Assembly (NCBI GenBank): GCA_030141605.1
Contig: JAQGDQ010000889.1
Location: forward strand, 1 to 64,000
Length of the DNA stretch: 64,000 bases
Direction: 5' to 3'
From: Tubiluchus corallicola
Taxonomy: Eukaryota; Animalia; Priapulida
Part shown: positions 51,835 through 63,892 of the stretch, piece by piece
Layout of the letters: every line of letters begins with the position of its first letter
How positions within the stretch are numbered: the first letter of the stretch is position 1
Notes under the pieces: generated by a model
Seen by the model: the letters and a program-made list of their open reading frames with translations, nothing else
What the model was told of the DNA's origin: nothing
Database searches by the model: none
Made by a program: the position numbers and the translations under genes

Positions 51835-53453
51835 AAGTAATTTTGCTTAGCCATGTTAGTGTAACAAAGTAATTTTGCTTAGCCATGTTAGTGTAACAAA
51901 GTAATTTTGCTTAGCCATGTTAGTGTAAGAAAGTAATTTTGCTTAGCCATGTTAGTGTAACAAAGTAATTTTGCTTAGCCATGTTAGTGTAAGAAAGTAA
52001 TTTTGCTTAGCCATGTTAGTGTGACAAAGTAATTTTGCTTAGCCATGTTAGTGTGACAAAGTAATTTTGCTTAGCCATGTTAGTGTAACAAAGTAATTTT
52101 GCTTAGCCATGTTAGTGTAACAAAGTAATTTTGCTTAGCCATGTTAGTGTAACAAAGTAATTTTGCTTAGCCATGTTAGTGTAACAAAGTAATTTTGCTT
52201 AGCCATGTTAGTGTAAGAAAGTAATTTTGCTTAGCCATGTTAGTGTAACAAAGTAATTTTGCTTAGCCATGTTAGTGTAACAAAGTAATTTTGCTTAGCC
52301 ATGTTAGTGTAACAAAGTAATTTTGCTTAGCCATGTTAGTGTAAGAAAGTAATTTTGCTTAGCCATGTTAGTGTAAGAAAGTAATTTTGCTTAGCCATGT
52401 TAGTGTAACAAAGTAATTTTGCTTAGCCATGTTAGTGTAACAAAGTAATTTTGCTTAGCCATGTAGTGTAACAAAGTAATTTTGCTTAGCCATGTTAGTG
52501 TAACAAAGTAATTTTGCTTAGCCATGTTAGTGTAACAAAGTAATTTTGCTTAGCCATGTAGTGTAACAAAGTAATTTTGCTTAGCCATGTAGTGTAACAA
52601 AGTAATTTTGCTTAGCCATGTAGTGTAACAAAGTAATTTTGCTTAGCCATGTTAGTGTAACAAAGTAATTTTGCTTAGCCATGTTAGTGTAACAAAGTAA
52701 TTTTGCTTAGCCATGTTAGTGTAACAAAGTAATTTTGCTTAGCCATGTTAGCGTAACAAAGTAATTTTGCTTAGCCATGTTAGCGTGAGAAAGTAATTTT
52801 GCTTAGCCATGTTAGCGTGACAAAGTAATTTTGCTTAGCCATGTTAGCGTGACAAAGTAATATTGCTTAGCCATGTTAGCGTGACAAAGTAATATTGCTT
52901 AGCCATGTTAGCGTGACAAAGTAATTTTGCTTAGCCATGTTAGTGTGACAAAGTAATTTTGCTTAGCCATGTTAGCGTGACAAAGTAATTTTGCTTAGCC
53001 ATGTTAGCGTGACAAAGTAATTTTGCTTAGCCATGTTAGCGTGACAAAGTAATTTTGCTTAGCCATGTTAGCGTGACAAAGTAATATTGCTTAGCCATGT
53101 TAGCGTGACAAAGTAATTTTGCTTAGCCATGTTAGTGTGACAAAGTAATTTTGCTTAGCCATGTTAGTGTGACAAAGTAATTTTGCTTAGCCATGTTAGT
53201 GTGACAAAGTAATTTTGCTTAGCCATGTTAGTGTGACAAAGTAATTTTGCTTAGCCATGTTAGTGTGACAAAGTAATTTTGCTTAGCCATGTTAGTGTGA
53301 CAAAGTAATTTTGCTTAGCCATGTTAGTGTAACAAAGTAATTTTGCTTAGCCATGTTAGTGTAACAAAGTAATTTTGCTTAGCCATGTTAGTGTAACAAA
53401 GTAATTTTGCTTAGCCATGTTAGTGTAACAAAGTAATTTTGCTTAGCCATGTT
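51835..53453. repeat. 32-bp minisatellite, about 50 copies, intronic
   Basis: Unit AAGTAATTTTGCTTAGCCATGTTAGTGTAACA; period 32. Confidence 0.98.
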
Positions 53454-53482
53454 TATTAAATGAATTAATTTTTTTAACTTAG

Positions 53483-53782
53483 GAAGCCCCGATCCAATCC
53501 GACTCTTCTCACTCAGCAGCAGATTGTGGAACAGACAATTCGCGAGCGAGAACGTGACCTGTCCCACCGTGAACCAGTGTCTTCACCCCGTGAACGTGTG
53601 ACATCACCCCGTGACAAGGACAATGTGTCATCTCACCGTGACAGAGACAGCGTGTCATCTCACCGTGACATGGACAGTGTGTTGTCTCACCGTGAGAAAG
53701 ATGAGGAAAGTCTCGCTTCGCACAAATCTGACGTGAAACCAGATGTAGTAAAAAAGCCTCGTGTAGCGACTAGGAAACCTCG
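53483..53782 (+). CDS. YAF2: YAF2/RYBP central exon
   Basis: KPRSNPTLLTQQQIVEQ... (cf. KPR..SQLVAQQV); acceptor TTTAACTTAG, donor CG|GTAAAT; phase 2-2. Confidence 0.9.
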
Positions 53783-53886
53783 GTAAATATGTAGACTGCT
53801 TAGTTTAAGATTTAGTCTTAGTCTGAGGAGAAGGACCTGTTTCAGCCTGAAAGTTTAAGTTGCGTTATTATTGCTTATTAATAGAG

Positions 53887-54230
53887 ACTGAAGCTGAGTC
53901 AATTGCAACTCTATCAGCTGACTTGCACAGTAAATCAGCTAGCTCGACCGAAGTTGACTGATATTTCAGTTGTGTCTGTTGCTACTGCATCAGCTGACAC
54001 ACTTAATAAACCAGCTAGCTCGGCTGAAGCTGAGTCAATTGCTACTCTATCAGCTGACTCGCACAGTAAATCAGCTAGCTCGGCTGAAGCTGAGTCTGAA
54101 GCTGAGTCAATTGCTATTCTACCAGCTGACTCGCACAGTAAATCAGCTAGCTCGACCGAAATTGACTGATATTTCAGTTGTGTCTGTTGCTACTGCATCA
54201 GCTGACACACTCAATAAACCAGCTAGCTCC
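53887..54230. repeat. Complex intronic tandem repeat rich in AGCT palindromes
   Basis: GCTGAGTCAATTGCTACTCTATCAGCTGACTCGCACAGTAAATCAGCTAGCTCG repeated, with a longer block duplicated. Confidence 0.85.
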
Positions 54231-54509
54231 TAAGCTAAAACTACGAATTTTTGCTAACAAAATAAATGATAAATTGTTAGCTAACTGTTAAATTGTAGTT
54301 TTTAAATAATTTGTGCTGCTTGTACACACTTTTTACTCTGAACTTCGAGTCAAAAGCTAGAGTAGGCAAGCATAGCATTACTGTAGCATTATGGTCCACC
54401 ATAATATTGTTCCACCATACATGCGAAAAAGGCTGCTGTGGTGTGTTCACACTTGTCCTGACCAAAAAGTAACTTCTTTAAAACCCATTCTTGATATTTC
54501 TTGGTTGTT

Positions 54510-54930
54510 TATTATTATTATTATTATTATTATTATGAGTTTATTTCGTATAAAATATACAGTTTACAAAGATAAAGATGTTGGTAAAACAGGTAATGCG
54601 ATGTTAGTAAAGTAACATATCTACAGAAATTCAACTTTATAATAACCACACATTGTAGTTCCCTTGTAATTATATTACATTATACAGTGTTGTAAGGAGC
54701 TACAATAGATATCTTAAAACATAATCTTTAAATGAGTTCTTAACCTTTAATTTTACATTTTCGTTTAGATCTGCAGTACAACCATATTTAAATCTTAAAT
54801 TTACTTGACTGTTATTTACATAGTAGCATGGCTTTGGAATTCTCAATGTGTAAGAGTTTACAATTTTTCTCACAAAGCTTAATTTTCGACTATCTATTAA
54901 ATAATTCGCAGGCATTTATGTCTCTTCATT
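54510..54930 (-). mobile_element. LINE-like 3' end with (AAT)n tail
   Basis: Short minus ORF 54915-54700, then AATAAA and AAT repeats at about 54545-54510. Confidence 0.55.
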
Positions 54931-55000
54931 TAATTGCAAGCTGTTTATAGATCTAGCTTCTATCTAGATACTGCTGATGTGGTCAATTTTCTTATTTCAG

Positions 55001-55169
55001 AACGGCGAGGTTAAAAAACATCGATCGCTCCAGCGGCGAGCAGATCTCGGTGACCGTAAACAATGTGACGGTGATCATAACGGACTACAAACCCAAGCGT
55101 AAGCACGGTGGTGACGTGAACAGCAATGCGGTGGAATCATCGCACGACAGCTCCAGCGATCTGTTATGA
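55001..55169 (+). CDS. YAF2: YAF2/RYBP last coding exon (RING1B-binding C-terminal motif)
   Basis: [31 protein letters not shown]; acceptor CTTATTTCAG; stop TGA 55167-55169; full model 298 aa. Confidence 0.95.
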
Positions 55170-58048
55170 GGTGGAGAGAAAATTTCCACGTTATCGGTGG
55201 AGTAGTTAAAATGAGTTTTTTGATTCGTCTGAACTCGTTAGTGAAATCTGCGGATGAGATGGCAGGCTGGCTGAAAACAGTGTAGCCGGTTTGCTAAACA
55301 AAGTGCATGACTGACTAAAATGGAGGACAACTTTTTCATCTTGCACTTTTTCATGGATATTTCCTGTTTTGGAAAATGTTTTCCTAAAACAACATCGAGC
55401 TGCAATCCTCATTGGGGGGCCACAAAGGCAGTAACTACCATACTTGTTTGAACTACCAGTAGATGGTGCCACTGACTACCATGTAAATGTCATCGCTTTG
55501 TTCATTGCTAAATCGATATCATTGATATAAGCTTTGATAGCTCTAGGAAATGTTTTGTGTTGTTATTTATAATTATTTTATTTATTCTGCTTTTTTATGA
55601 AACTTGTAAAAAGGTGTTTTGTCGTGAAACGATGTTCTGCATGTATAATCTATACATATAAGTGTGTCACCTGATTTGTCACAAACAGTTTTAAATGTTA
55701 CCAAGGAATGATTAGAGTCATTTTATTTTGATGCACATGGGCAAATTGTTAGACTAGTTAGGAGCCATCATAGCTTTTTATTTTTAACTTAATTATTGTA
55801 GGCATGTACCTCTGTGACGGTACATAAAACTTTCTACGCATGCTGCCTATTTTTTGGAAATAGTGATTATCATTTGTGATAGTTTTTAACGACTTTATCA
55901 TTCTTACAATGGAAATAGGACCGAAGTCACATAAGCGTTTATTGTATTGGAAAATGTACGTTTCCTTTAGATTTCATCATTGTTGACTTCTCAGTGCGTT
56001 GTAAATAACGGCAAAATACCAACGACACTCAGACTGTAAACAACTGGAAAAATCGTAGGTGTTGATCAAAAAATGGTTAGAAAATCTTGACCTTGGATTT
56101 TGAACTCGAGATCGTGTTTGGCAAGACGCCAAGTTCACTACTTTTACTCTGTGTTGAATAGTTTTGAAACCAGGCCACTCTCATTCATTGTCAGTCATGC
56201 ATACAGGTTTGCACATAAATTCATGCACTATTTATTGTGAATAATTCTATATGTACAGTATTTAATTACGACTGAACTGTAATTATGTTTATAGTCAATG
56301 TGAAACCTCAAAAGACTCCTGTGTAGATAGGATGCATAGCACAACTTTTCCAGCACAAGTGTATTGTTTGGCTTCGGTACTTCATCTGGGCTGCTTCTCT
56401 TTGGGCTCCCATAAGCAAGTAATACTGAAACCGTTTCTGTCCTTTAATTCTTTCAATACATCTCGCATTACGATTTACGCTTATTGCTCATTAAACTAAG
56501 TAGATGTACCAGCATCTATATCTGATACGTTGCCAAGACTGGAAACCTAGTTAGGCTGATTAATGATTGCCAAAATTGTGCTATTCATTTGGAAAATATG
56601 TATAAAACAGTCGTGAGGCTGTTTGCATCGTGACGTGGAAGCTTAAGCTAAAAACTAACTAAATTTTAATCTGTGTGTTTGCATATCAAAGCCTAGACTA
56701 CATTTTCCATTTTCGCATTTGTATAAATTTTATCACAAATGTCAGCCATCTAATGCAACGGCCCAGTTAGAAATATACTAGCTGCCGATATCTGCATCGA
56801 CTGTTTATTTTTTAAAAAGCTAAGGTTAAAATGAATCTGTTTTGCCTATTAACTATCGTTTGCACTGATAAAAATTGTATTTTGTTTAAAAAAACGTTTT
56901 GCCACCAATTGCCAGTGAACTGTTTAAGAGAATTTTAGGTATTCGTTTCAGTTAGACGTACAATAATTTGAAACGTGGTTTTTGATCAATATATAGCAGC
57001 TCTGCAATTCTTAAAATTTTTCATTTTCTTATGTATGTTGGCTGCTAGTGAGATAAGCAAAACAATTAAGCATATCATCACAAAAGGTAAAGAATGTTAT
57101 TTTCAGCAATATGCACTGCAGCGGCACAGTCATTTCAGTTCAGATTTAGTTTCTGTCTCTTTTCTCATAAATTTTATCTTCTTTAGAAACTTTCAGTGAG
57201 ATTTGACAAAACAATTGCTTGGTCAATAGCTACAATTGTATGGCTATCGGTAGTCTCTAGCTGTCAGCCATTTTGTTTAAACTCATCAAGATGGCCGAGT
57301 ATCTTCAGTTATTGCTATGTTTGTAATTAGCTGCTTTGCTTATTTTATAGCTTTACAGATGGGAAATTTTTTATTTTTCAAACTTGTTTTAGGTTATGAA
57401 AAGTTTACAACCCTTTCTTGCGATAACCTGGTGTCTTTTCTTTTGAATTTTCTTTTTTTCTTACTATTCGGTGTATAAAGTGTCGTGGGTTCATTTATAG
57501 CTGACCGTTTTCTGTTTGTTTTTTTCTTGTTTTAATTTTACTGCAGTTACAATGTTACTCTTTTACAACTGTGTGAAAGAAAAACTCGAAAAAGTTGAGA
57601 AACTCCTTGTTTACACCAATTGTGTGTTTTGCAATTTTTCATTTCCGTAAATAATTGTAATTTTTTATAATTAAATGTAGTTTCTGTCTAAGTGTATGCT
57701 ACTTTAGTATACTATTTATGTTTAGGCCGAATTGTATTGTTTACAATTACGCAGGTTCTGCCACATTTTCTACTATTCGTCAGTTCTAGTTGGTGCATTG
57801 TGTATGTATTGTTTATAGATAAAAATAGAAATTTTCAGTGTAATTTTTTCTGAAATTTTCTGTTTTATTGTGAAACTTTGTTTATTTAAAAAACATCCAT
57901 ACACCTCCGAGAACATTTCGACCCTCATAGGTCTGCTATCCTTAAAAGTAGCTGTAAAATACAAAATACGATATTGAACATGTTTGTGAACTCGTGTTTG
58001 CTCAAACGTGTGTTAAAAATTCTTTACATATTTTCCCCAAAATGTTCA

Positions 58049-58230
58049 TGTAAGTAAGTAAGTAAGTTTATTAGTTTATCGCCATTTTTAAAATAGCAAA
58101 ATACATAACTAAGACATTTATAAATCTATACAACATACAATAATATTACAAAGTGCAAAAGTAATTATAGATTAGTGGTGAAAGGGTGGTGAAAGAACTA
58201 TAAGTTATCGAGGTCAGCCACCCTCTCAGG
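58049..58230 (-). mobile_element. LINE 3' end (hairpin plus (TTAC)n tail)
   Basis: Same GGGTGGCTGAC...TCTTTCACCACCC hairpin type as 4603 and 11082; AATAAA followed by TTAC repeats. Confidence 0.6.
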
Positions 58231-58573
58231 ATTGTTACTAATATGGTTAATTAGTTAATGCGCGTGTACCCGGTAATTAAAAATTATCAGATTTTGCATT
58301 TAAGACGAATGAAAATTGAATTATTATACAAATGTGTTAATTTATAATAAAATAATGTTCAATAATGGGAAAGAAGAGACACACGTGACTATCTTTAAAT
58401 GATAATTTAACCATTACGTATTTAAAATTAATGTTATGAGGACATAGAGCCAAAGGAAGAAAAAAATTAATTTTTATGCTGAAATAACTGCTTTTATCGA
58501 TCATTATAGTGAAATTCGTAGTTAAATGTAGATACAATTATGAACAGACTGTCTTGCACAAATTATATATTAA

Positions 58574-58823
58574 CCCTTTCAGTCCCAAATTATTTTTTAA
58601 TAAGAAAAAAATTTTTGACTTGGCACTTTTGTTCAGTATGTCCATCTTGTTTATACATAATAATTTTTTATCTACCTGTGCCCGCGTGCTAAATATAGCC
58701 TGTATCCCACGGGATACATTGAGATTCAATGGAAGCATAAAATGTGCTTCATTTTGCACCTGCTGTTAATTTTTTAAAGTATTTAAGACATTTAGTATGC
58801 ATGCTATGCTGATCTGTACAAAG
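58574..58823 (-). mobile_element. piggyBac-like MITE family B, inverted right half
   Basis: TTAA|CCCTTTCAGTCCCAAAT, reverse complement of the right half of 58994-59451. Confidence 0.88.
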
Positions 58824-58993
58824 GAAGGAAAAAGAGTAACGATCAAACACAGCCTACAAGTAGATACACTTGGTTAATATGTATAAATGTCGAATAATCT
58901 GTGATAGGTAACTTTGTGTTTTAACAATCGATATTACGCCCACGTGTGAGTTTTAAGATCAAAGAGGAATTTCGATCAGTGGAGGATAATTAA

Positions 58994-59451
58994 CCCTTTC
59001 ATACCCGTTGTATCCCGTGGGATACGAGAATATTCTCTGCCTTTAAAATTAATAAAATTTTAAAACTGACAGTTATTTGATCTGCTAATAGTTATTTTAA
59101 TTTAAGCCAATAACAATGGACTAAAAATAGTGATAAAATGGCAAACTAGAAAATCTACATAGCATAAAAAACTGTGCAAGGTACAGTACTTTAGAGACGA
59201 CTTTGTACAGATCAGCATAGCATGCATACTAAATGTCTTAAATACTTTAAAAAATTATCAACAGTTGCAAAATGAAGCACATTTTATGCTTCCATTGAAT
59301 CTCAATGTATCCCGCGGGATACAGGCTATATTTAGCACGCGGGCACAGGTGGAAAAAATAATTATTATGTGTAAACAAGATGGACATACTGAACAAAAGT
59401 ACTAAATAAAAACAATGTTCTTTTTAAAAAAATAATTTGGAACTGAAAGGG
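58994..59451 (+). mobile_element. piggyBac-like MITE, family B
   Basis: TTAA|CCCTTTCA ... TGAAAGGG|TTAA. Confidence 0.92.
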
Positions 59452-59913
59452 TTAAGAAATTTTGAAATAATGTGGTATCTGTCTGGATAAAAGTCGTCCC
59501 TGCCCCTCTGTAAAGCAATTCACGTATAATCAGTAAAAACATTTTGCATTACGTCGCGTTACGTTACGTTACGTTACAATGCATTCAATTACATTACAAC
59601 AGAATTCAACAGCTACAATGACAAATTGTTGTTATCGCTGCCGTCGTTTTCGTTGTTGTCAATGTTATTGACGTTGCCACTGTTGCCGCTGCTGTTGATG
59701 GCGATGGTATTGCTGATGCTGTTTGTGAATTATCAACTAACAATGAAAATTGAAGTTCTAAGAATGCAGTTTTTTATTACTTTTTAGCGTCTTTTACACG
59801 AAAAACTTGTTGCTTCAAGTTATACATCGCTTACTTCGTTAAACTTAGATTTGGGGGGAACAAATAAGCGAATAATTTTCTTTCTGCACTGTAGATGTCA
59901 GCACCTTCTCACA

Positions 59914-59992
59914 CTACGCACCACAGCAATGTTTCTGCGTCTCCTGCTGCGTAGATGACCATTCAAGCCACCCTCCACCGTAACTTCTAACC
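59914..59992 (-). CDS. Single-domain rhodanese (TSTD1/TSTD3-like), last exon
   Basis: Acceptor TTTCCTAG; (K)VRSYGGGWLEWSSTQQETQKHCCGA*, rhodanese C-terminal Y.GGW.EW signature; AATAAA at about 59778-59773. Confidence 0.9.
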
Positions 59993-60413
59993 CTAGGAAA
60001 TTTAAACAAAACATTTTAACTTCTAATAGACAACCCCTGTTTCTGCTACCAAGGGATACGTTTTAGAAGTTCATAATTTTATAGGATTTAATAGTTTTCA
60101 GTTATATTTATTTCCGTTAATAATCAAAAAATCACATCTTCTACAACTACGATAAAAATACGGGGCTCAGTAATTCTTGACGTAAATCGCTTAACGCACC
60201 GATTTGATGTCTGGCATAGCCTAGACAGTCCCATTGCTAAGTGGGATTAAAACTGAGAAAAATTCCAGGCGAGGAATAACTTTCAAGTCAACTCTTCATC
60301 CCTTGTGATAAGGAAGGGGACCTACTGCTGCTGCTTGAGCTGTCACTACGTTGACAAACAGGTAGGCCTATGCTTTGCGTTTGTGTTTTATAGCTCTCTC
60401 TACAGGTTGAAAG

Positions 60414-60532
60414 TACTACGGCCAAACCACGTTGAAAACACCTGTTATCGTCTGATCACCGAAGTTAAGCAACGTAGAGCCTGGTTAGTACTTGGACGGG
60501 TGACCGCCAAAGAATACCAGGTGCTGTAGGCT
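60414..60532 (+). pseudogene. 5S rRNA-derived sequence (full length, diverged, no oligo-T terminator); head of a SINE3-like element
   Basis: CTACGGCCAAACCACGTTGAAAACACC...GATCACCGAAGTTAAGCAACG...GGTTAGTACTTGGACGGGTGACCGCC..GAATACCAGGTGCTGTAGGCT; 119 nt with several substitutions from the animal 5S consensus. Confidence 0.9.
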
Positions 60533-61306
60533 AGCGGGATGCCCACACTGTATCTCGACACTAGGAGGAGGAGCTGCACAAGCAACCAACGGCTAGAGGG
60601 CGGAGAAGGTCAAGTGACCCAACGGCCATGTGTAGAGGAGTAAACCTTCCAAGTCAGAGGTGGAGCCCCGAAGGCGGACCAGTGCAACATGCTCACTGAC
60701 TCTGGCAGCTCCTGCAGCCAACCTGGCGCCAAACGTATCGCTCCGCTTTCCTTTGGACTACACCAGGGAAGAAGAGAGGGAGTTCCTGCGGTCTGGGCAA
60801 CTCAGGATCTCCATACACCTTGCCCAGGCGTGCGCCCTGGAGACGTTCAAGGATCGCACTGCTCAGCCACAGTCGACACTGCAGCTCCATCAATGTGATC
60901 AGTAACTGACTCTCTTGGCACACATTTCCGATACAGAAGGATGCCAACAACAGGTTGAAAGCCATTCACGACGGATTCTGAGAATACGAAAACAGAATAC
61001 TCTTAGACTAACGAAATTATGGGATACACTCAAACGGAGCCACCCTCTAACTAGGGAAGAGATGGAGTTCATGTTGTCTGGGCAACTCAGGATCTCCATA
61101 CACCTTGCCCAGGCGTGCGCCCTGGAGACGTCCAAGGATCGCACTGCTCAGGAACAGTCTGCGCTGCAGCTCCATCAATATGATCAACAACTGACTCTCT
61201 TGGCGCACACTTCCGAGACAGAAGGATGCCAACATAACATACGAAAACAGAATATTCTTAGACTAACGAAATTATGGGATACACTTAAACGGAGCCCCCT
61301 CTAACT
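60533..61306 (+). mobile_element. GC-rich body following the 5S head, resembling an RTE LINE 5' region, with an internal tandem duplication
   Basis: Sharp GC rise; direct repeat 60765-61052 / 61053-61306; RTE resemblance is from recollection only. Confidence 0.55.
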
Positions 61307-61620
61307 CGCTTGTCTTGAACATTTTCTACTTGCAATAGTTTTGATCGACATTTGCATAACACAAAATAAACTTATTGTAGATTTTCTAAATAAACTGGAA
61401 TAGCTAGCTTCTGTTTGTCAAAGGAAATATTCTTTAAGAAATACCACTATTTTACAATTTTTGCAAACCAAATTAACACATATTTCAACTGCATGGAAAA
61501 ACTGACTTTTTTACCAAATGTAAATAAAGGCTGAGGCTGCAGCCTATACTGGCCTATAGGGTAATCCGGCCTTTCCTAGATCACAATTTAGAGACTATTT
61601 CTTAGATGAACGAGTCCTAC

Positions 61621-61780
61621 TTTGTGTATCCCAAATCCATGGCAAGTCTGAGCGCCTGTGCGCTCCTGTTACCGCTCCTGCATGTGAACACGACTTCTGA
61701 GTCAAGTTCCGGCTTGTCATGACCGTACGTTTGTTTGAATGAAACTTTATCCATGTTCAAAGCCTGAACAAGTTGCGGCA
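61621..61780 (-). CDS. Single-domain rhodanese, active-site exon (CRSGNRS)
   Basis: PQLVQALNMDKVSFKQTYGHDKPELDSEVVFTCRSGNRSAQALRLAMDLGYT; acceptor ATTTCAG, donor GTAGGA; phases match both neighbours. Confidence 0.92.
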
Positions 61781-61874
61781 CTGAAATGGTGAAGAACATT
61801 TGTGTGCATGAAGTTTTACTAAGAGTTGGCAAACTCAACTACAAAGACACTTTTTAGTATAGAAGTATTTTGTA

Positions 61875-62093
61875 CAGGGTGTTTCAAAAGAAACACGTGA
61901 CACAGTGTAATAACAAAAACGCTGTAAGCACATCAATATTACACCATATGAAGTGCGGTAAGTGGACTCATACCAAGTTATATAGCAGAAAAGTTAAAGT
62001 AATTACAATCACACAAATATACAATAATAATTTCAAGTCATTTTGTAATTATTTTTCATGTTTCTATTGCCGCGTTTCTTTTGGATCGCCCTG
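61875..62093. mobile_element. mariner-like MITE
   Basis: TA|CAGGGTGTTTCAAAAGAAAC ... GTTTCTTTTGGATCGCCCTG|TA. Confidence 0.75.
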
Positions 62094-62274
62094 TATGTAC
62101 CTGTAAGTAGCTAAACACAGCATTCAGTGCAAGAATTATTTATTAGTTAAACTAATGGTGTTAGCTGGAGTTGTCGTTAAAGCATGTATCTGAAAGAATA
62201 GGAATTTGTCTGCGTCATGTGTATTGTCTGGCATACTTAATGACAATAGACTATTTGTTGTTTGCACCGCTTAA

Positions 62275-62734
62275 CCCTTTCATACCCCTTGTATCCCGTG
62301 GGATACGAGAATATTTTCTGCCTTTAAAATTAATAAAATTTTAAAACTGACAGTTATTTGATCTGTTAATAGTTATTTTGATTTAAGCCAATAACAATAG
62401 ACTAAAAATGGTGATAAAATGACAAACTAGAAAATCTACATAGCATAAAAAACTGCGCAAGGTACAGTACTTTAGAGACGACTTTGTACAGATCAGCTTA
62501 GCATGCATACTAAATGTCTTAAATACTTTAAAAAATTATCAGCAGTTGCAAAATGAAGCACATTTTATGTTTCTATTGAATCCCAATGTATCTCGTGGGA
62601 TACAGGCTATATTCAGCACGCGGGCACAGGCAGAAAAAAATAATTATTATGTGCAAAGAAGATGGACATACTGAACAAAATTATCAAGCCAAAAATTTTT
62701 TTCTTATTAAAAAAATAATTTGGGACTGAAAGGG
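62275..62734 (+). mobile_element. piggyBac-like MITE, family B
   Basis: TTAA|CCCTTTCA ... TGAAAGGG|TTAA. Confidence 0.92.
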
Positions 62735-63174
62735 TTAATAAAAGCCTGCGCCTTAGACTGTAGTTTACCAATAGTTAGCTGAAATATTATTATGAAACTT
62801 TATTTGTGATTATAATAATTTGAGTTAATAGCTAATATAATGGTGTACGTAGTCTAGAATGACTAAAATAACTATATAAAAATTTGATGCTATAAATTTC
62901 ATTTTTTCTTTTTGTTTTGCTTAACTTTGCTTGCAGTTCTGTTTGTCTGTTTGTATATCAGACAGACATAGTGTATTTATTTATAATTATGTAATAAATT
63001 CTAAAATCTTTAATTGAGAGAACTAGTAAACAAAAATGAGATTTTACTACTAGTAACTTACTAGCTACTACTCAGCTATTCTAATCCAAACTTTAATTTA
63101 TGCAATGTGAAACGACGCAATCACTATGACGTTGGACAAAGAGACGTAAGATAATTATGACTCTTACACCTGTT

Positions 63175-63649
63175 CGGGGGCGGAACTAGGGGGAGCGAGG
63201 GGGGACGCCCCCTGTCAAAATTTGCGCCCCCCTGCAAAATCGGACAAAAAAATTTTTTGCAGTGAAAATTGCAGTTCGCATGTTCGCACGCAATAAACTT
63301 GTTGTCGTAACAAAGCTGGTGTGACTTTTTGAATGGCGTATCGTTCCACATTTCATTTTGACATTATTTCCGGCGTATTATTTTCTTAAAACTTGTGTGT
63401 GATAAATTTCTGTAAATAACAATTTAGTTAGAGGCACATTAATAACGCTAGGTTAACTGAGAGTTAATTTTCTCATTATTGCTCTGTCCGCTACGCCGTC
63501 CTACACACACGCTAATTATAGGCCTGCATGCAGTATAAAAGGGGTTAAAATTGGCTTAACCATTATTTAACCACTTTGGATACCTCGCCCTCCCAGAAAA
63601 TTTTAGCGTCCCCCCCCCCCCCCGCTTGCCACATCTAGTTCCGCTCCTG
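63175..63649. mobile_element. hAT-like MITE
   Basis: TIR CGGGGGCGGAACTAG / CTAGTTCCGCTCCTG; perfect 8-bp TSD CACCTGTT. Confidence 0.85.
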
Positions 63650-63766
63650 CACCTGTTGTGTGTATGAAAGTATGACGTAATCATAAATGTCTTTTTCGTG
63701 CGACCATTTGCATTTATATGAATAGATGCATTTGATAAAAGTACTGCAATTCTTTCATCAACTCAC

Positions 63767-63892
63767 GTGGAATGACAATGGAGGTAGGGATCTTTCCCGT
63801 ATCGCAGACCTCGTCACAAGATCTGACATCAATCAGCACAATGGAATTGTTCTTTTTTATTAGTGATTGCAGTTCACTCTTGCATACCAGAT
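63767..63892 (-). CDS. Single-domain rhodanese, upstream exon (first exon lies beyond the window)
   Basis: LVCKSELQSLIKKNNSIVLIDVRSCDEVCDTGKIPTSIVIP (LIDVR...G.IP motif); acceptor TATTTCAG, donor GTGAGT. Confidence 0.92.

Noticed and set aside
53903-54233. Ser/Ala-rich ORF as another YAF2 exon
   Set aside because: Derived from an intronic tandem repeat; flanking exons already join in phase and no convincing donor was seen.
60414-60532. Functional 5S rRNA gene
   Set aside because: Altered 5' end and internal substitutions, no oligo-T terminator, solitary and intronic.
60660-61304. Short ORFs in the 5S-linked element as host genes
   Set aside because: They lie in a duplicated repeat body inside a rhodanese intron, are interrupted by stops and have no recognisable domain.
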